Assembly (NCBI GenBank): GCA_951406725.2 | Contig: OX597831.1 | Location: 15,314,001-15,378,000 of the forward strand | Direction: 5' to 3' | Source: Octopus vulgaris | Taxonomy: Eukaryota | DNA length: 64,000 nt | In this document: positions 1-13,478 of the stretch, piece after piece | How positions within the stretch are numbered: the first letter of the stretch is position 1 | How the letters are laid out: each line of letters begins with the position of its first letter | Notes under the pieces: model-generated | The model's input: only the letters and a program-made list of their open reading frames with translations | Told to the model about the DNA's origin: nothing | Databases searched by the model: none | Translations under genes and position numbers: made by a program

Positions 1-168
1 TCAAGATAAACGAGATAAATTTAATTGCGCTTACTTCCTGAAAAACAGAATAAACATATTGTGTGCACAATGAATGTGACTGCTGTGACCCGACAGGCAT
101 ATAACATTTTGACACTGTTTGTGTATGTATATATGCGTGTATGTGCCTGTGTGTGTGTTTAAATATAT

Positions 169-238
<70 letters not shown>

Positions 239-282
239 ATTCATATAATAGATACATAGATAGCTCTCTCTATCTATCTATC

Positions 283-438
<156 letters not shown>

Positions 439-846
439 ACATATATATGTAAAAACTTAGATAAAACTTAGATATGTTTCGACCAGAGATTGGTCCAGGC
501 CATGTCTAACTTAATAGCACCACCTGATAGGATTATTCGAATCCTGTTTAAGTCAAGTTTTGTTCAAGTAGTGAGTTCTTGTTGGGTTTACATATATAGT
601 ATATATATATATATATATTCACAAGAGTAAACAAGAGAGACAGAGACAGGCAGAGATAAGTAAAATGCCACATGTATTTCAACATTATACAAATATTGTT
701 TAAAAAAGAAACTTTCCTTTTACTTTTTCCCAATTTAACTGATTTCCATATTGATTTCCATGCACTTGAAAAAGTCTGAACAATTGAAACCGGTACTAAA
801 ATGCTTTTTATAAAATTATTTTAGCATTTTCTATCTTGACTTTTTT

Positions 847-908
<62 letters not shown>

Positions 909-1168
909 TTAAACACGCACACAGTGATATGGAGACGAAACGTTTAGCCGTTAGGGTGTTGCCCTCGTGAGCGTAGGGGTTTACGTCTGATTGTGGGTGT
1001 GTTGTGTTCTGGTGTCATGCACGGAATTTCTTTGCTGCATTTCCACATACCTGTGGCCTCCGATTTAGGTGAAACATGTGCGGGTCAGAATGCAGTAAAC
1101 CAGACTTATGAGCTTATGGCTTGTGAGGGATGTGTTATAATTTTTTATGCACACACACACACACGGAT

Positions 1169-1231
<63 letters not shown>

Positions 1232-1837
1232 TATATAATAACAAAGGGTAAAATTAATTAATTAAGAAGTAATCAGTAATTTCACCAAGTAGAATTCGGC
1301 ATGAAAAAGACCATTTCATGGTAAGCTTAAGTAAAACTTTATAATTAGGGTTCAGCAAAGATTAGCTTCACCACATACCGAAGTTTAGAAATAGCGTGGA
1401 TTGTTTTCAAGTACTTTGGTTTTTCTGGGAGTCCCTTTTAAACTAGAAGGAATAGCTACGATTGTTTACTGCTATTTCTAAACTTCGGTATGTGGTGAAG
1501 CAAATCTTTGCTTAACCCTAATTATAAAGTATATATATATATATGAACACTATTAAATTTATATCTAATGTAGGATAAAATGTTTTCCCCCAAAAAATTT
1601 ATCAGTGGCCAGCATATTAAAAAATACCTTTAAAGGTTAAATTATAAACAACTTATAAATAAGGGCACTTCCGGACTCTCCCACTCTGTGAGTGCCTCTG
1701 TTCAAATCGCACGTGTCTTGAATGGGCTGGAGTATTTCGATTTTGGATTTATTTGGGGTACTTAGTTGTGCTTATGACTTAGTGTTTGCTTCTTCCATGG
1801 GTATGAGTAAGTATTTCATTTACTTCTTTGCCACATG

Positions 1838-1889
1838 TATCACTGACGAAGAGAGGGTTCTTTTAGCTAACCCTGAAATCGGTCCGATA
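1838..1889 (+). ncRNA. Decayed type I hammerhead ribozyme motif in a (TA)n-flanked Penelope-like remnant
   Basis: tatca-CTGACGA-(agag)-agggtt...aaccct-GAAA-tcgg-TC-cgata. The core boxes are present, stem II is 6 bp, stem I has one mismatch. Confidence 0.5.
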
Positions 1890-2059
1890 TGGTAATAATG
1901 GAATTCTTTTAGAGATGTCTGTCGACCTTTTATCGAGTAGCGTGCCTTCTGGGAAAAAAATTATATGGTAAATGGACAATATGTCCAATTTTCGGCATAT
2001 TTGGCATTGGAAATGTTTTCGTTTCCCCTTATTTATAAGTTGTTTATATATATATATAT

Positions 2060-2222
2060 GTATATGTATACGACGGGCTTCTTTCAGTTTCAGCCTACCA
2101 AATCTACTCAATACTTTGGTCCGAGGCTATAGTAGGAAACTCGCCTAAGGTACCACGCAGTGAAACTGAACCAGGAACCCTGTGGGTGAGAAGCGAACCT
2201 CTTACCGCACAATCACGCCTAT
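2060..2222 (-). mobile_element. 5' part of tRNA-derived SINE (family A), diverged
   Basis: Reverse complement matches the head of the full copy at 44588-45030 (ggttcagtttcactgcgtggtacc...tttggtaggctgaaactgaaagaagcccgtcg). Confidence 0.8.
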
Positions 2223-2790
2223 ATACATGTGCCAGCGTCTGTGTATGTGTGTGTGTGTATGTCTGTGTGTGTATGTGTGTGCGTGAGTGAGTGTGTATGG
2301 TGTGTGTGCGTGTTGGGTTCAAAGATGATGTGCGCAATTACTCAATATGACGTCGGTCACTTTCATTTTGTTTATGGACGTATGGTATAAGTATGTTACG
2401 TATGTTTGTATGTATGTATGCATCGATGCATGCGAGCGTTCGTAACTGTATATGTTTCTGCAAATATTATTGCGCATGACAAGTAACTTTGGAGGTATAC
2501 CTTTCTGTAATAAATGAACAGTCACTATTTATATCAAAAATTGTACACAATTCACCCATAATCGTTAGTTCCACAAACTATATATTGTTTCGACTGCAGT
2601 TCTATGCGAAAGAATGAAAAATGTTATGCTTGCAATATTATTGATCTCTAGCTCCAGGAGAGCTATGGGTGAAATATAATTTATTTTCTTGCGTTAATAG
2701 TTATGGATTAAATGTTTATTCACTCTCCGACATATCTCCTAATTCTAGGTTGCAGGAATTAGCTTTCCTGATCTCGTCCCCCGACGAAAT

Positions 2791-2957
2791 TGCGGATCCG
2801 TGGAACAAGCTGCCAGACGAGATGGTGAAGATGCCGACGACCGCTTTGTTCAAAGCCTCCCTGGACCTCAAGTGGCCTGAACTCTTTACATGAACACCAC
2901 CCTGTACTTAACTCCATGTCCCCCTACATGGCCTTGCTATTTGCTTTTGAGCCAAAT

Positions 2958-2988
<31 letters not shown>
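2791..2988 (+). mobile_element. 3' end of CR1/L2-type LINE with (TAAC)n tail
   Basis: Translates ADPWNKLPDEMVKMPTTALFKASLDLKWPELFT* (stop 2891-2893), matching the WN.LP...FK..LD C-terminus of CR1/L2 ORF2. A short 3' UTR and (TAAC)n follow. Confidence 0.8.
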
Positions 2989-3169
2989 TTACATATACAT
3001 AAAATGCACGCAAACACACAAATATACGTGACTGGAAACCAACTTTTTTTTTGTTGCTTTTTTCACCAATTCCTGCCAACTGGTTCTGAGCTTCATCCGT
3101 CTACCGAAACTGGAATTGCCTCTATGTGGGCGTATGTGTGTGCGCATATCACGGGGAGGTGTTTGCATG

Positions 3170-3213
<44 letters not shown>

Positions 3214-3909
3214 TGTGTCTGTATGCTTTCGTGCGAAAATGTTTCTGTGTGTGCGTCCACATTTGTGGGTGCTGAACCCGTGTGTAAACATATATCATGC
3301 ATTCCACGTCTAACGACTTCGTGGTATTTACTCCCACCCAACCACTACTTCTCAATTTAACCGTTTCTTTATGCATCTTAACATCTTACATCATGTTATT
3401 TCTGGAGAGAGCCATTCTCTTTTGGTGCCTAATGATTTAACACGCTCACCGGTAAAATTTCCAATTGTATCTCCTTTTTAAACTATCTCCTCTTCACACT
3501 CTCCCTACACAATGTCACACCAGAGTGGAGAAACCAACCAGCCTACTAACCTACGTAAATATCTGTTACTATCATATAGAATTATAATATAGCTTTGATA
3601 GCTGGCCTATGTTAGCAAAAATATACCCCCAAAATTAGCGCCATATCACAGATAATACTCTAGGATAATATTCCAAAAACAATACAAAATGGTTACACAC
3701 AAAAAATTTATAGAGTTTTATCAATATAGAAATATGTTTTAAAAATTGAGCATGTAAGTTTATGCGACTATATATGTGAGAAAATAATGCGTAAAAAGCT
3801 ATAAAAATTATATAAAATATCGTAAATATATGATGAGAATATAGGTGGAAAGAAATACAGCGTAAAAACCGTAAATGTCTTATGAAATATTATTAATGTT
3901 ACATTTACG

Positions 3910-4125
3910 ACGGCGAGCTGACAGAATCGTTAGCACGCCGGGCGAAATTCTTATAAGTTACGTTCTGAGTTCAAATTCCGCCGAGGTCGACTTTGATTTT
4001 TATACTTTCTGGGTCGATTAGATAAGTAACAGTTACGCACTGGGGTCGATTTAGTCGACTTAAATCCCTTTGTCTTTCCTTGTTTGTTCTCTCTATGTTT
4101 AGATTGCTGTGGGGAATAAAGAAAT
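3910..4125 (+). mobile_element. tRNA-derived SINE (family B)
   Basis: Head ggcgagctgacagaatcgttagcacg, B-box-like gagttcaaattcc, body gaggtcgactttg...ggggtcgat...aataaagaaata. Many related copies occur in the window. Confidence 0.85.
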
Positions 4126-5004
4126 AATTATTGACATAAAAAAATCTTCTACATAAAAAAATTGCAAGCACGAATACGCTCATAGATAAATATGTATATA
4201 CATACGTACATACATGGACATGCACGCGCGCGTTCACATACACACACATGTATGTATATAAGTATATATACACATACACACAGACATATATATATATATA
4301 GATAGATTTATATATACAAATATATATGTGTATGTATATATATATATACATATATATATATGCTTGTAGGTGTGTGTGAAGAACGTTCTCCATATTCAGG
4401 TGCTTGCACAGAAGTTAACAAGCAGATTGTTAGTTAAGAAGATGAAGACAAATAAAGGATAGAAAATCAAAGTGATAAATCATAAAGAAACTGACACAGA
4501 TAATACGCTGTGAACGGAATATCATTGGACAATAATGTAAGGTATCGTGAACAGTCAGATTCCTTATCTGCATCCCATCATTAACATACTACGACAAAAG
4601 TGTTCTTTTGCCCTCAGGCTAATCAACAATGTGCTTCTGTCTATGGCTTTACTAAGTGTTACGATATCAACCAGTCACGATACTCCCACACCTATCATTG
4701 CTGACATATCGTTAGCTATGTTGATTATTGATGCATTCTAATGAGCTCTAATGTGTAATTTGATAATTAAAATCTCATTTGGTTCCAGAGGAGAAGCAAA
4801 AGTATATTGGTACTTGTGAGAGTATTACCGTGTGCGTGTGAATTTGTTTGTGTATGTAGGTGTGTGTTTGTGTTTGTAAATGTACACGAGTGTGTAGGTG
4901 TGTGAGTGTATGTGTGTATGTGTGCAGTTGGGTGCTTATGCAGATGTTTGACGAGTTACATTGCAAGTGGTATGTGGTTTATGATATTATGATATCATGT
5001 GAAA

Positions 5005-6570
5005 TGCAGTGAGCTGGCAGAATTGTTACCACGCCAGGAACAGTACTTAGCGGCATTTCGTCCCTCCTTTCATTTTGAGTTAAAATCACGCCGAGGTCGA
5101 CTAAGCCTTTTATCCTTCGGAGTCGATAGAATAAGTACCAGTTGAATTCTTGGGCCGCTATAATTGAATTACCCAATTCCTCCGAAACTATTCACCATGT
5201 GGGAATAATTGAAACCAATATTTAAACGGAAGGCGGCGGCGAGCTACCAGACTCGTCAGTACGACGGGCAAAACACTTAGCGGCCTTGAATCGGCCATTA
5301 CGCTCTGAGTTAGTATTTGGCTGAGGTCAAACTTGTTTTGCTTGCTTTCGGAGTCGATAATATAAGAACCATTTTAACTCTGGGGTCGATGTAATCGACT
5401 TATCCCCTCCCCTAGAATTGCTGGCCATGTGCCAAAATGTGAAGCTGGTATTATGTTCGCCGTGTAAGGTGCGTGGTGATGTTTTGTATAAACCACAGGT
5501 CAACACAAACTGTGTCAGCCTGCGAGCAAATTCTTTACAGTGATCCCCATTATTGCCCCGAATGCCATCAACAAAATTAAGACATTGTGTGGTTATGCGA
5601 GAATAAAAGTGGATATATAAACAGCTACTAAAAACGGTTTGTTGCTCAGCGAGTTATATGTTTTGCTAGACAATTTAACGTTGTATTAATAAAAAATAAA
5701 AAAGCAGCATTCTGTGCTGTAAGCATGAGGTATTCCTATTATACTAATATTAATCAGGACAGAATTGAAAGCGAAATGACGAAAAATGATCCCTTTAAAC
5801 AGAATGCGAAGAGCTGGTAAAATAGGTAGCACGTTCTGAGTTCAAATTCCGACAAGGTCGAATTTATCTTTCATTATTTCGGGGTCGATAAATTGAGTAC
5901 CAGTTGCGTACTGGAGTCGATCTAATTGTCTATCCCCTCTCCCCAAATTCCAGCCAATGTGCCTACAGTAGAAAGAATTATTTGAACAGAAAGCGGCGGC
6001 GAGGAGGCACTATCTGTAGCATGTCGGACAAAATGCTTAGCGACATTCCATCCGTCTATATGACTGGGTTCAGATTCCTCCTGTGTCTTTTTTACCGGGG
6101 GCTGATATAATCGACTTATCGCCCCATCCCTGAAATTGCAGGCCTTCTGCCAAAATTTGATACCAATAATTAAATAGAAGGCAGCGAGCGGGAAAAATCT
6201 GTGGTACGCCAGGCAGATATTTAACGACATTTCATCCGTCTGGGTTGAAATGCAACAGAATTCGACTTTGGATTTCAACTTTTGAGGTGAACGAAATATG
6301 TACCAACTGAGTAGTGAGGTCGATGAAACTGACTTACGTCCTCCCCGGGCTTACTAATGTCGTGCCAAAATTTGAAACCAATATTTAATTAGAAAAACAG
6401 TGAGCCAGCGGAATCATTGGCACGCGTCAAATTGCTTAGTAGTATTTCGTCGTCCGTGCTTAGAATTTTAGGTTCAAATTCGGTCGGAGACCACTTTGCC
6501 ATCTGTCCTAACGAGTTTGATGCCATAGGTAACAGTGGAACGCTGGGGGTCAATGGAATCGACTTACATC
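5005..6570 (+). mobile_element. Head-to-tail cluster of six diverged family B SINE copies
   Basis: Heads at about 5005, 5231, 5805, 5992, 6179 and 6395. Several copies end in gtgccaaaatttgaaaccaata-like sequence. Confidence 0.8.
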
Positions 6571-6804
6571 TTACCGAATCAGAATTAAATGGAAGTAATG
6601 CTGTCCCTGATTCAAATGAATATTGCTGCTTTCAATTCCTCTTCCTCTCATTTATTGGAATTCACTCAAATCGATATTAGAGAGAAGCGAATATGCACAG
6701 GGATTGTACACACACACACTCGAATATTTATTTATATGCGTATGTTTATAGAAGTAAACCCAGTACATGCAATGTTCTATCTTTCTATCTATCTATTTAT
6801 CTAT

Positions 6805-7406
6805 CTGGCGAAAGAATGTATCTGGTGGACGCGTCTGAAAGGATTGGAGACAAACACTTTCCTCTCTGGTCAATCTCTCATCAACTTCTTCAAGTACCAC
6901 TTGAAAAGGAAAGTGAGAGTAGAGAGTAGAGTTTTGTCTAGCGAATGTTTTAAAAAAAGATGGGTGAATGTAGCAAGGATGGCACGTATGAATGACGAAG
7001 CCACCTTGAGCATAATCCTATGAACGCAGAAATTGGAAACAGAGGGTTACCCACTTGCAAACAAATGTGGTAACATATAACAATATTGACCAAGGTTACC
7101 GTGGTCTCTTTCGTAGGCTTTTCTTCCCACGGATAAACCTTACTTGCTTTCCCCTTTACACCATATATCATAACACTGTGATACACGATCCCTATTGATC
7201 GTTCCTTTTTTTTTTCCTCTTCCCCTTTTTTTCCCCTTTTTCTTCTTTTTTCATTTCTCTTTTCTTTTGTTCCTTTCCCTTTCTTTTTTTTTCTTTTATT
7301 CTTTTTAACCTACTCCACCCCCTTTTTCTTCATCCCCCAAAAGAAAAGCTCTACCTTGTAACTTGTCCCATCTGTGTGCAGCCCTGTGTGGCCAATAAAG
7401 AAACTT
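6805..7406 (+). mobile_element. 5'-truncated L1/Tx1-like LINE 3' end inserted in (TCTA)n
   Basis: ORF end AKECIWWTRLKGLETNTFLSGQSLINFFKYHLKRKVRVE...* (stop 7021-7023) resembles the Tx1 AK..IW.TR motif. Pyrimidine-rich 3' UTR, AATAAA at 7394, (TCTA)n on both sides. Confidence 0.65.
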
Positions 7407-7448
7407 ATCTATCTATTTATCTATCTATCTGTCTATCTGCCTATCAAA

Positions 7449-7498
<50 letters not shown>

Positions 7499-7610
7499 GT
7501 CCATCTATCTATCTGTCTATCTGCCCATCTATCAATCTATCTGTCTATCTGTCCATCTATCAATCTATCTGTCTATCTATCTATCTGTCTACCTGTCCAT
7601 CAATCAATCA

Positions 7611-7652
<42 letters not shown>

Positions 7653-7653
7653 A

Positions 7654-7694
<41 letters not shown>

Positions 7695-7730
7695 GTCTAT
7701 CTATCTATCTGTCTATCTGTCTATCAATCA

Positions 7731-7766
<36 letters not shown>

Positions 7767-7870
7767 GTCTGTCTTTCTATCTGTCCATCAATCAATCTAT
7801 TTATCTATCTATCTGTCTATCTGTCTATCTGCCTATAAATCTATCTTGACTATCTATCTATCTACCTATT
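7406..7870. repeat. Degenerate (TCTA)n/(TCTG)n microsatellite
   Basis: Directly visible tetranucleotide array. Confidence 0.95.
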
Positions 7871-7974
7871 CATAACCTTCCCCCGCACATATATTTGCAG
7901 TCAAAGGTATACCTTTATTCATATATTGACGCAATTACACACACACAACATACACAACATACACACACACACAC

Positions 7975-8005
<31 letters not shown>

Positions 8006-8598
8006 GCACACACACACAACACATGCACACACACACACGCACACACACACCTGGACGTACACGTATATCTCTGGTTTATCACAAATAGAGATATAATTGG
8101 AGGATATAAATTTAATACCAATGAAATCATCGTCACTATAACTATGGAATACGATTTAAAAAATAGTTCACGTTCGTGGCATAAATATCATTGCTAATAC
8201 CAAATTGTGATTTTACGCACTAATCTTCCTCGTATACAACAGCCTTTGTGCTCTTACAGGGCGGCGAACTTTCTGTGTACGAAAAGAACCAAAATATGAT
8301 TGCTTAACGTGTTCGGCATATTTCGGGGTTTTTTTTCATGGCGACAATGGATATATTTCCAGTAAAATATAAGATATTTTTTCTGCTTTATTTCATAATT
8401 CCATAACTATAATTATAATATCGAACGCGACCAAAATCTAACAGTTGTTCATTTGCATAAACACAACAATGGCTAGTGAGAGTTGCATATATAATTGCTT
8501 TCATAAGATGTTTGTAAGTAAAATGAAACGAATGGTAGAAAATGGAATTTTATTCTATAATACAGTTGCAAGCAGGAATTAAATGAAAGCAGAAAGAA

Positions 8599-8632
<34 letters not shown>

Positions 8633-8939
8633 TATAATAGATTTTTTACCCCATTTTCTCGATAGGAGAACAAACTAAGAAATGAAAGTAATTTTTACAT
8701 AAGCAAAATACATGCGTGTTCAGAATATAATTTTCTTCGCTAAAAAAAAACTTCCTTTTTTTTCTTCTTCTTCTTCTTCTTCTTCTTCTTCTTCTTCTTC
8801 TTCTTCTTCCACTTCTTCCTCTCCTTCTTCTTTTTCTTCTTCTTCTTCTTCTTCTTGATGTTGTTGTTGTTGTTGTTCCTCTTCTTCTTCTTCTTCTTCT
8901 TCTTCTTCCTCTTCTCCTTCTTCTTCTTCAACTTCTTCT

Positions 8940-9132
8940 TCTATCTACCACCTTCTCCTTCCCCTCTTATGTTCCCCTCCTTTCTCCTCCTCTTACCCCT
9001 CTTACCTCTTACCGCCATACAATGATTATTTGAAAACGAGACCTTAATACTTGGCTGAAAATCAACATCATGATAACTGATGGAACGCCATGGTTATATA
9101 GGATACTCTACACCTCTTTCAACACTCATTGT
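8940..9132 (-). repeat. Dispersed repeat abutting (TTC)n; second copy at 35140-35323
   Basis: ctatctaccacctt...accgccatacaatgattatttga...ggctgaaaatcaac...gatactctacacct...caacact is shared by both loci, each directly after a (TTC)n tract. Confidence 0.85.
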
Positions 9133-9199
9133 TGTTGTTCTTCTTTTTCTTGATGCCGTTGTAGATACTATTATTAATATTGTTGTTGTTATTATTATT

Positions 9200-9599
9200 A
9201 CTCTTTTACTCTTTTAGTCATTTGACTGCGGCCATGCTGGAGCACCGCCTTTAGTCGTGCAAATAGACCCCGGGACTTATTCTTTGTAAGCCCAGTACTT
9301 ATTCTATCGGTCTCTTTTGCCGAACCGCTAGGTGACGGGGACATAAACACACCAGCATCGGTTGTCAAGCAATGCTAGGGGGAAAATACCGACACACAAA
9401 CACATACACACACACATATACATATATACATATATACGACAGGCTGCATTCAGTTTCCGTCTACCAAATCCACTCACAAGGCATTGGGCGGCCCGGGGCT
9501 ATAGCAGAAGACACTTGCCCAAGATGCCACGCAGTGGGACTGAAACTGGAACCATGTGGTTGGTTAGCAAGCTACTTACCACACAGCCATTCCTGCGCC

Positions 9600-9600
<1 letters not shown>
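9200..9600 (-). mobile_element. Full-length tRNA-derived SINE (family A)
   Basis: Reverse complement of the copy at 44588-45030 over its whole length, including the internal (TA)/(TG) tract and gagtaaaa tail. Confidence 0.92.
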
Positions 9601-9664
<64 letters not shown>

Positions 9665-9671
9665 GTTATTT

Positions 9672-9778
<107 letters not shown>

Positions 9779-9798
9779 AATAATATTATTATTATTAT

Positions 9799-10277
9799 GT
9801 TAGAGAGCTCTCCATGACATCAAAATGATATAGGGATAAAATATAGGAAAACCATTATACCTATCATGACTACCCGTCTTATAAGGGTATCCCAAGCACA
9901 TGTATTACAATGAGGCGCGACATGGTAATCTCATATCAAGATAAACGGCGCATGATCTGGAAAGTGGGGCCCAGTTAGAATTTCCTTCAGTTTGAGGAGC
10001 CCATCCCCTCAAAAAGTCCTTGAATAAGGGTTGTATGAAACAGCATTGTTTACAAATGTGAATGACCCAGATACTTGCTCTAGACACACGGCTATGATGT
10101 ACCCCTACTACTTCTGCTCATGATCAGAGATGCACATATCGTCATCCACTAAGGGACATGCTCAACTGACAAGTAAATCTATGGTATTGAATAGAATATT
10201 TGTTGTACCCTATTTTTTATACCAAGACAAAACTATGTATATGATAACTCTTCCAACCAGTTAAGATAGGCAGTCCA
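9799..10277 (-). mobile_element. Probable non-LTR retrotransposon 3' region embedded in (AAT)n
   Basis: Homologous to 11099-11446 and 37761-37791. All three share the same end next to (ATT)n and differ in length at the other end, as expected for 5' truncation. Confidence 0.65.
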
Positions 10278-10425
10278 TTATTATTATAATCGTAATTATT
10301 ATTATTATTATTATTATTGTTATTATTATTATTATGATTATTATTATGATTATTATTATGATTATATTATGATTATTATTATTATTATGATTATTATTAT
10401 TATTATGATTATTATTATTATTATG

Positions 10426-10470
<45 letters not shown>

Positions 10471-10488
10471 ATTATTATTATTATTATT

Positions 10489-10867
10489 CAATGTTTGACT
10501 TTTGCTTTATATTTGTACAAGTTGGCTCCAAGTCTCACCCAGAGACCTCAAGAGACAACAGGGTTGGAAGTTCATGCTGTTGTTATGCCTAGTGTGCCAT
10601 ATATTTGGGGGTGGGGTGTTGTACTGATGAATGTCTAAAACAAGTTTTTTTTTTTTTTTTAAACCGAAAATTATGTTTGTTTTAAACCTTGAGATTACAT
10701 AGAAAGTATTTTGCGTAGTATATGAGCAGTTCTCATGAGCACTATCTTTTGAATTTCTGCCATTTTTGGGGTTTCCTGGTATCTGAGTTAGGTAGCTATC
10801 AGCCCCTTTTGCTATCATTCCCAGGGCACCTATGGCAACAGGTATTGTTTTAGTCTTCAGGTTCCAC
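10489..10867 (-). mobile_element. R4/Dong-like LINE 3' end
   Basis: Minus strand gives LKTKTIPVAIGALGMIAKGADSYLTQIPGNPK/MAEIQKIVLMRTAHILRKILSM* (one frameshift), the C-terminus of RLE-type R4/Dong elements. (AAT)n lies on both sides. Confidence 0.8.
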
Positions 10868-10912
10868 TATTATTATTATTATTATTATGAATATTTTAAT
10901 GATTATTATTAC

Positions 10913-11002
<90 letters not shown>

Positions 11003-11065
11003 AATTATTATTATTATTAATATCATTATTATTATTATTATTATCATTATTATTATTATTATTAA

Positions 11066-11098
<33 letters not shown>

Positions 11099-11099
<1 letters not shown>

Positions 11100-11446
11100 G
11101 AGTGAGAGAGCAGTTCATGCCATCAAAGTGACACTGGGGTAAAATATACGAAGCCCAATATACCCATCATGACTACCCGTCTGATAAAGGTACACCAGGC
11201 ACATGCATCACTACCATATGTGCGCGACATGGTGATCTCATATCAAGATAAACAGCACATGACCTTGCAGGTGGGGCCCAGTTAGAATTTTCTTCAGGTT
11301 GAGTAGCCCATCCTCTCAAAAGGTCCCTGAATAAGGGTTGTTTAAGGATGTTGAAAGAACCACCCATGTTTCCAGAGGTGAATTATTCAAACCCCAAAGA
11401 ATCCCTCTCAACACATGGCTATGATGCTCCCCCACTACTTCTGCTC
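11099..11446 (-). mobile_element. Second copy of the (AAT)n-embedded retroelement 3' region
   Basis: Clear alignment to 9799-10120 (atcatgactacccgtct...atatcaagataaac...ggggcccagttagaattt). Confidence 0.7.
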
Positions 11447-11516
<70 letters not shown>

Positions 11517-11554
11517 CATTATTATTATTATTATCATTATTATTATTATTATTA

Positions 11555-11622
<68 letters not shown>

Positions 11623-12095
11623 GCCTTTGCACAGCTTCTAACGCTGGAGATGTACTACAGTGTCAGCAGTTCACTACCACCTGTTATTTTTCGAGCACGT
11701 CCGGAGTATTCGAGCAGTTCCAAGCAGTGCTGTTTTCTGCAAGTGCTCCACCCTTATTGCAGGCCATATTTGTTCTACGTACTTCTCGAGATTTTTGCTC
11801 CCTGTTCCCAGGGATCCAACAATTATTGGTACTACTGCTACCTTTTTCATCGACGACAACTGCTTAACTTCCCAAGCTAACCTGTGAGACCTCTCGACTT
11901 TTCTTTATTCCTTGTTGCATACCTTTTCAGCTGGGTATTCTATATCAATGATCCAGCATAGTCTGTTTTATTTCTCAATTAAGACTACGTTCGGCTTTCT
12001 ATTCTCTATCTCATGGTCGCACTGAATCATAACATCCCATACGATCTTTGTATTTCTAATTTCAACGATGCCTTCAGGTTTGTGATCGTACCAAT
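11623..12095 (-). mobile_element. R4/Dong-like LINE restriction-like endonuclease remnant
   Basis: WYDHKPEGIVE...KIVWDVMIQCDHEIENRKPNVVLIEK*NRLCWIID...SMKKVAVVPIIVGSLGT...LQKTALLGTARILR with stops and frameshifts, then an (AAT)n tail. Confidence 0.88.
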
Positions 12096-12464
12096 GTTGG
12101 TATTCAATGAAAGAATTGTGGAATCCTTGCCTGTTTCGAATGACATTTGAGTTTCAAATTTGCTTCAGACCACCAATGACAACACCGCAAAGTAATGGCC
12201 GACTTCTTTGTTTCTAACACCATTAGTTTAATACTTAAAATATATATTCTTACCCAAATTTACTCAAAAACATAAAAAACAGCGAAAACACGTTTTTGTT
12301 AGCAAACCGACAACGCTTGTCATTGGGATTTCTTTCACTCATCATGGAATGTGGCCGCCATATCTCTGCTATAATTTCACCGTTTAAAGAATCATGTCTC
12401 GTCTTATTCATGAAAGCACTCATCGGAACCACTGCCCCCATCATTACAATCACTGCCACATCAA

Positions 12465-12848
12465 TGGCGTGGAGGAGCAATGACCCAGTGATTAGGACAG
12501 CGGACTCGCCGTCACAGGAGCATGGTTTCGATTCCCAGACCGAGCGTTGTGGTTGTTTATTGAGCGAAAACACCTAAATCTGCACGAGGCAACGGCAGGA
12601 GGTAGTTGCGAAACCTGCTGTATTCTTTCACAACAACTTTCTCTAAATCTTTCTAGTTTCTGTTGTACTTGTATTTCAAAGGGCCAGCCTTGTCACACAC
12701 TGTGCCATGCTGAATCTCCCCGAGAACTACGTTAAGGGTACACGTGTCTGTGGAGTGATCAGCCACTTGCAACTTAATTTCACGAGCAGTCTGTGCCGTT
12801 GATCGGATCAGCTGGAACCCTTGTTGTCGTAACCGAGTGAGTGTCACG
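12465..12848 (+). mobile_element. tRNA-derived SINE (family C); diverged second copy at about 17020-17330
   Basis: A-box-like tgacccagtgattagg and B-box-like gtttcgattccc. The body ccagccttgtcac...gttaagggtacacgtgtctgtggagtg...cagccacttgca recurs at 17150-17300. Confidence 0.75.
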
Positions 12849-13419
12849 ACATCAGTGGTAGTAACCACAGAGCAGACTAAAAAGCCAATAGCAACAATAA
12901 CAAGAAACTACAGAACAACATGGGCAATAACACCAACAGTAAGAACATCACCTTCAGGAACGTAAACACAACGGCAGTGTCGGCTATGGTATAAATAATT
13001 TAACATTGACAGTAGAGGAGGCTGGGTTTGTCCCGACAGCAATAATGATCACACTCTCATTCTCCTCAACACTACTCTGTTGATCAGCAGACCTCTGTTC
13101 CTTTTATCTCGATGTAGCACAATCCTATTTGTTATACTCTTTCGAATAACTTCTTTTACTGTTGTACGATAAAGCCATAACAATCATGGTTTCTGATTGA
13201 AACACAGGGTCATCAATTGTCAGGGAAAGCGTTAGTTGATGCAATCAACAAAGTTACTGACTGGCCCAGTGTCTTTTCTATCACGGAAGGACGGAAGGTA
13301 AGATCGACCTTATCGGCATTTCGATTGAAAAAGTAAAGAGATACAAAACATACTTGAAACGTATTTTCTTCATTTTTATCGACGCTCTTACAATTACGGC
13401 CCTGCACAATAATAATAAC

Positions 13420-13478
<59 letters not shown>

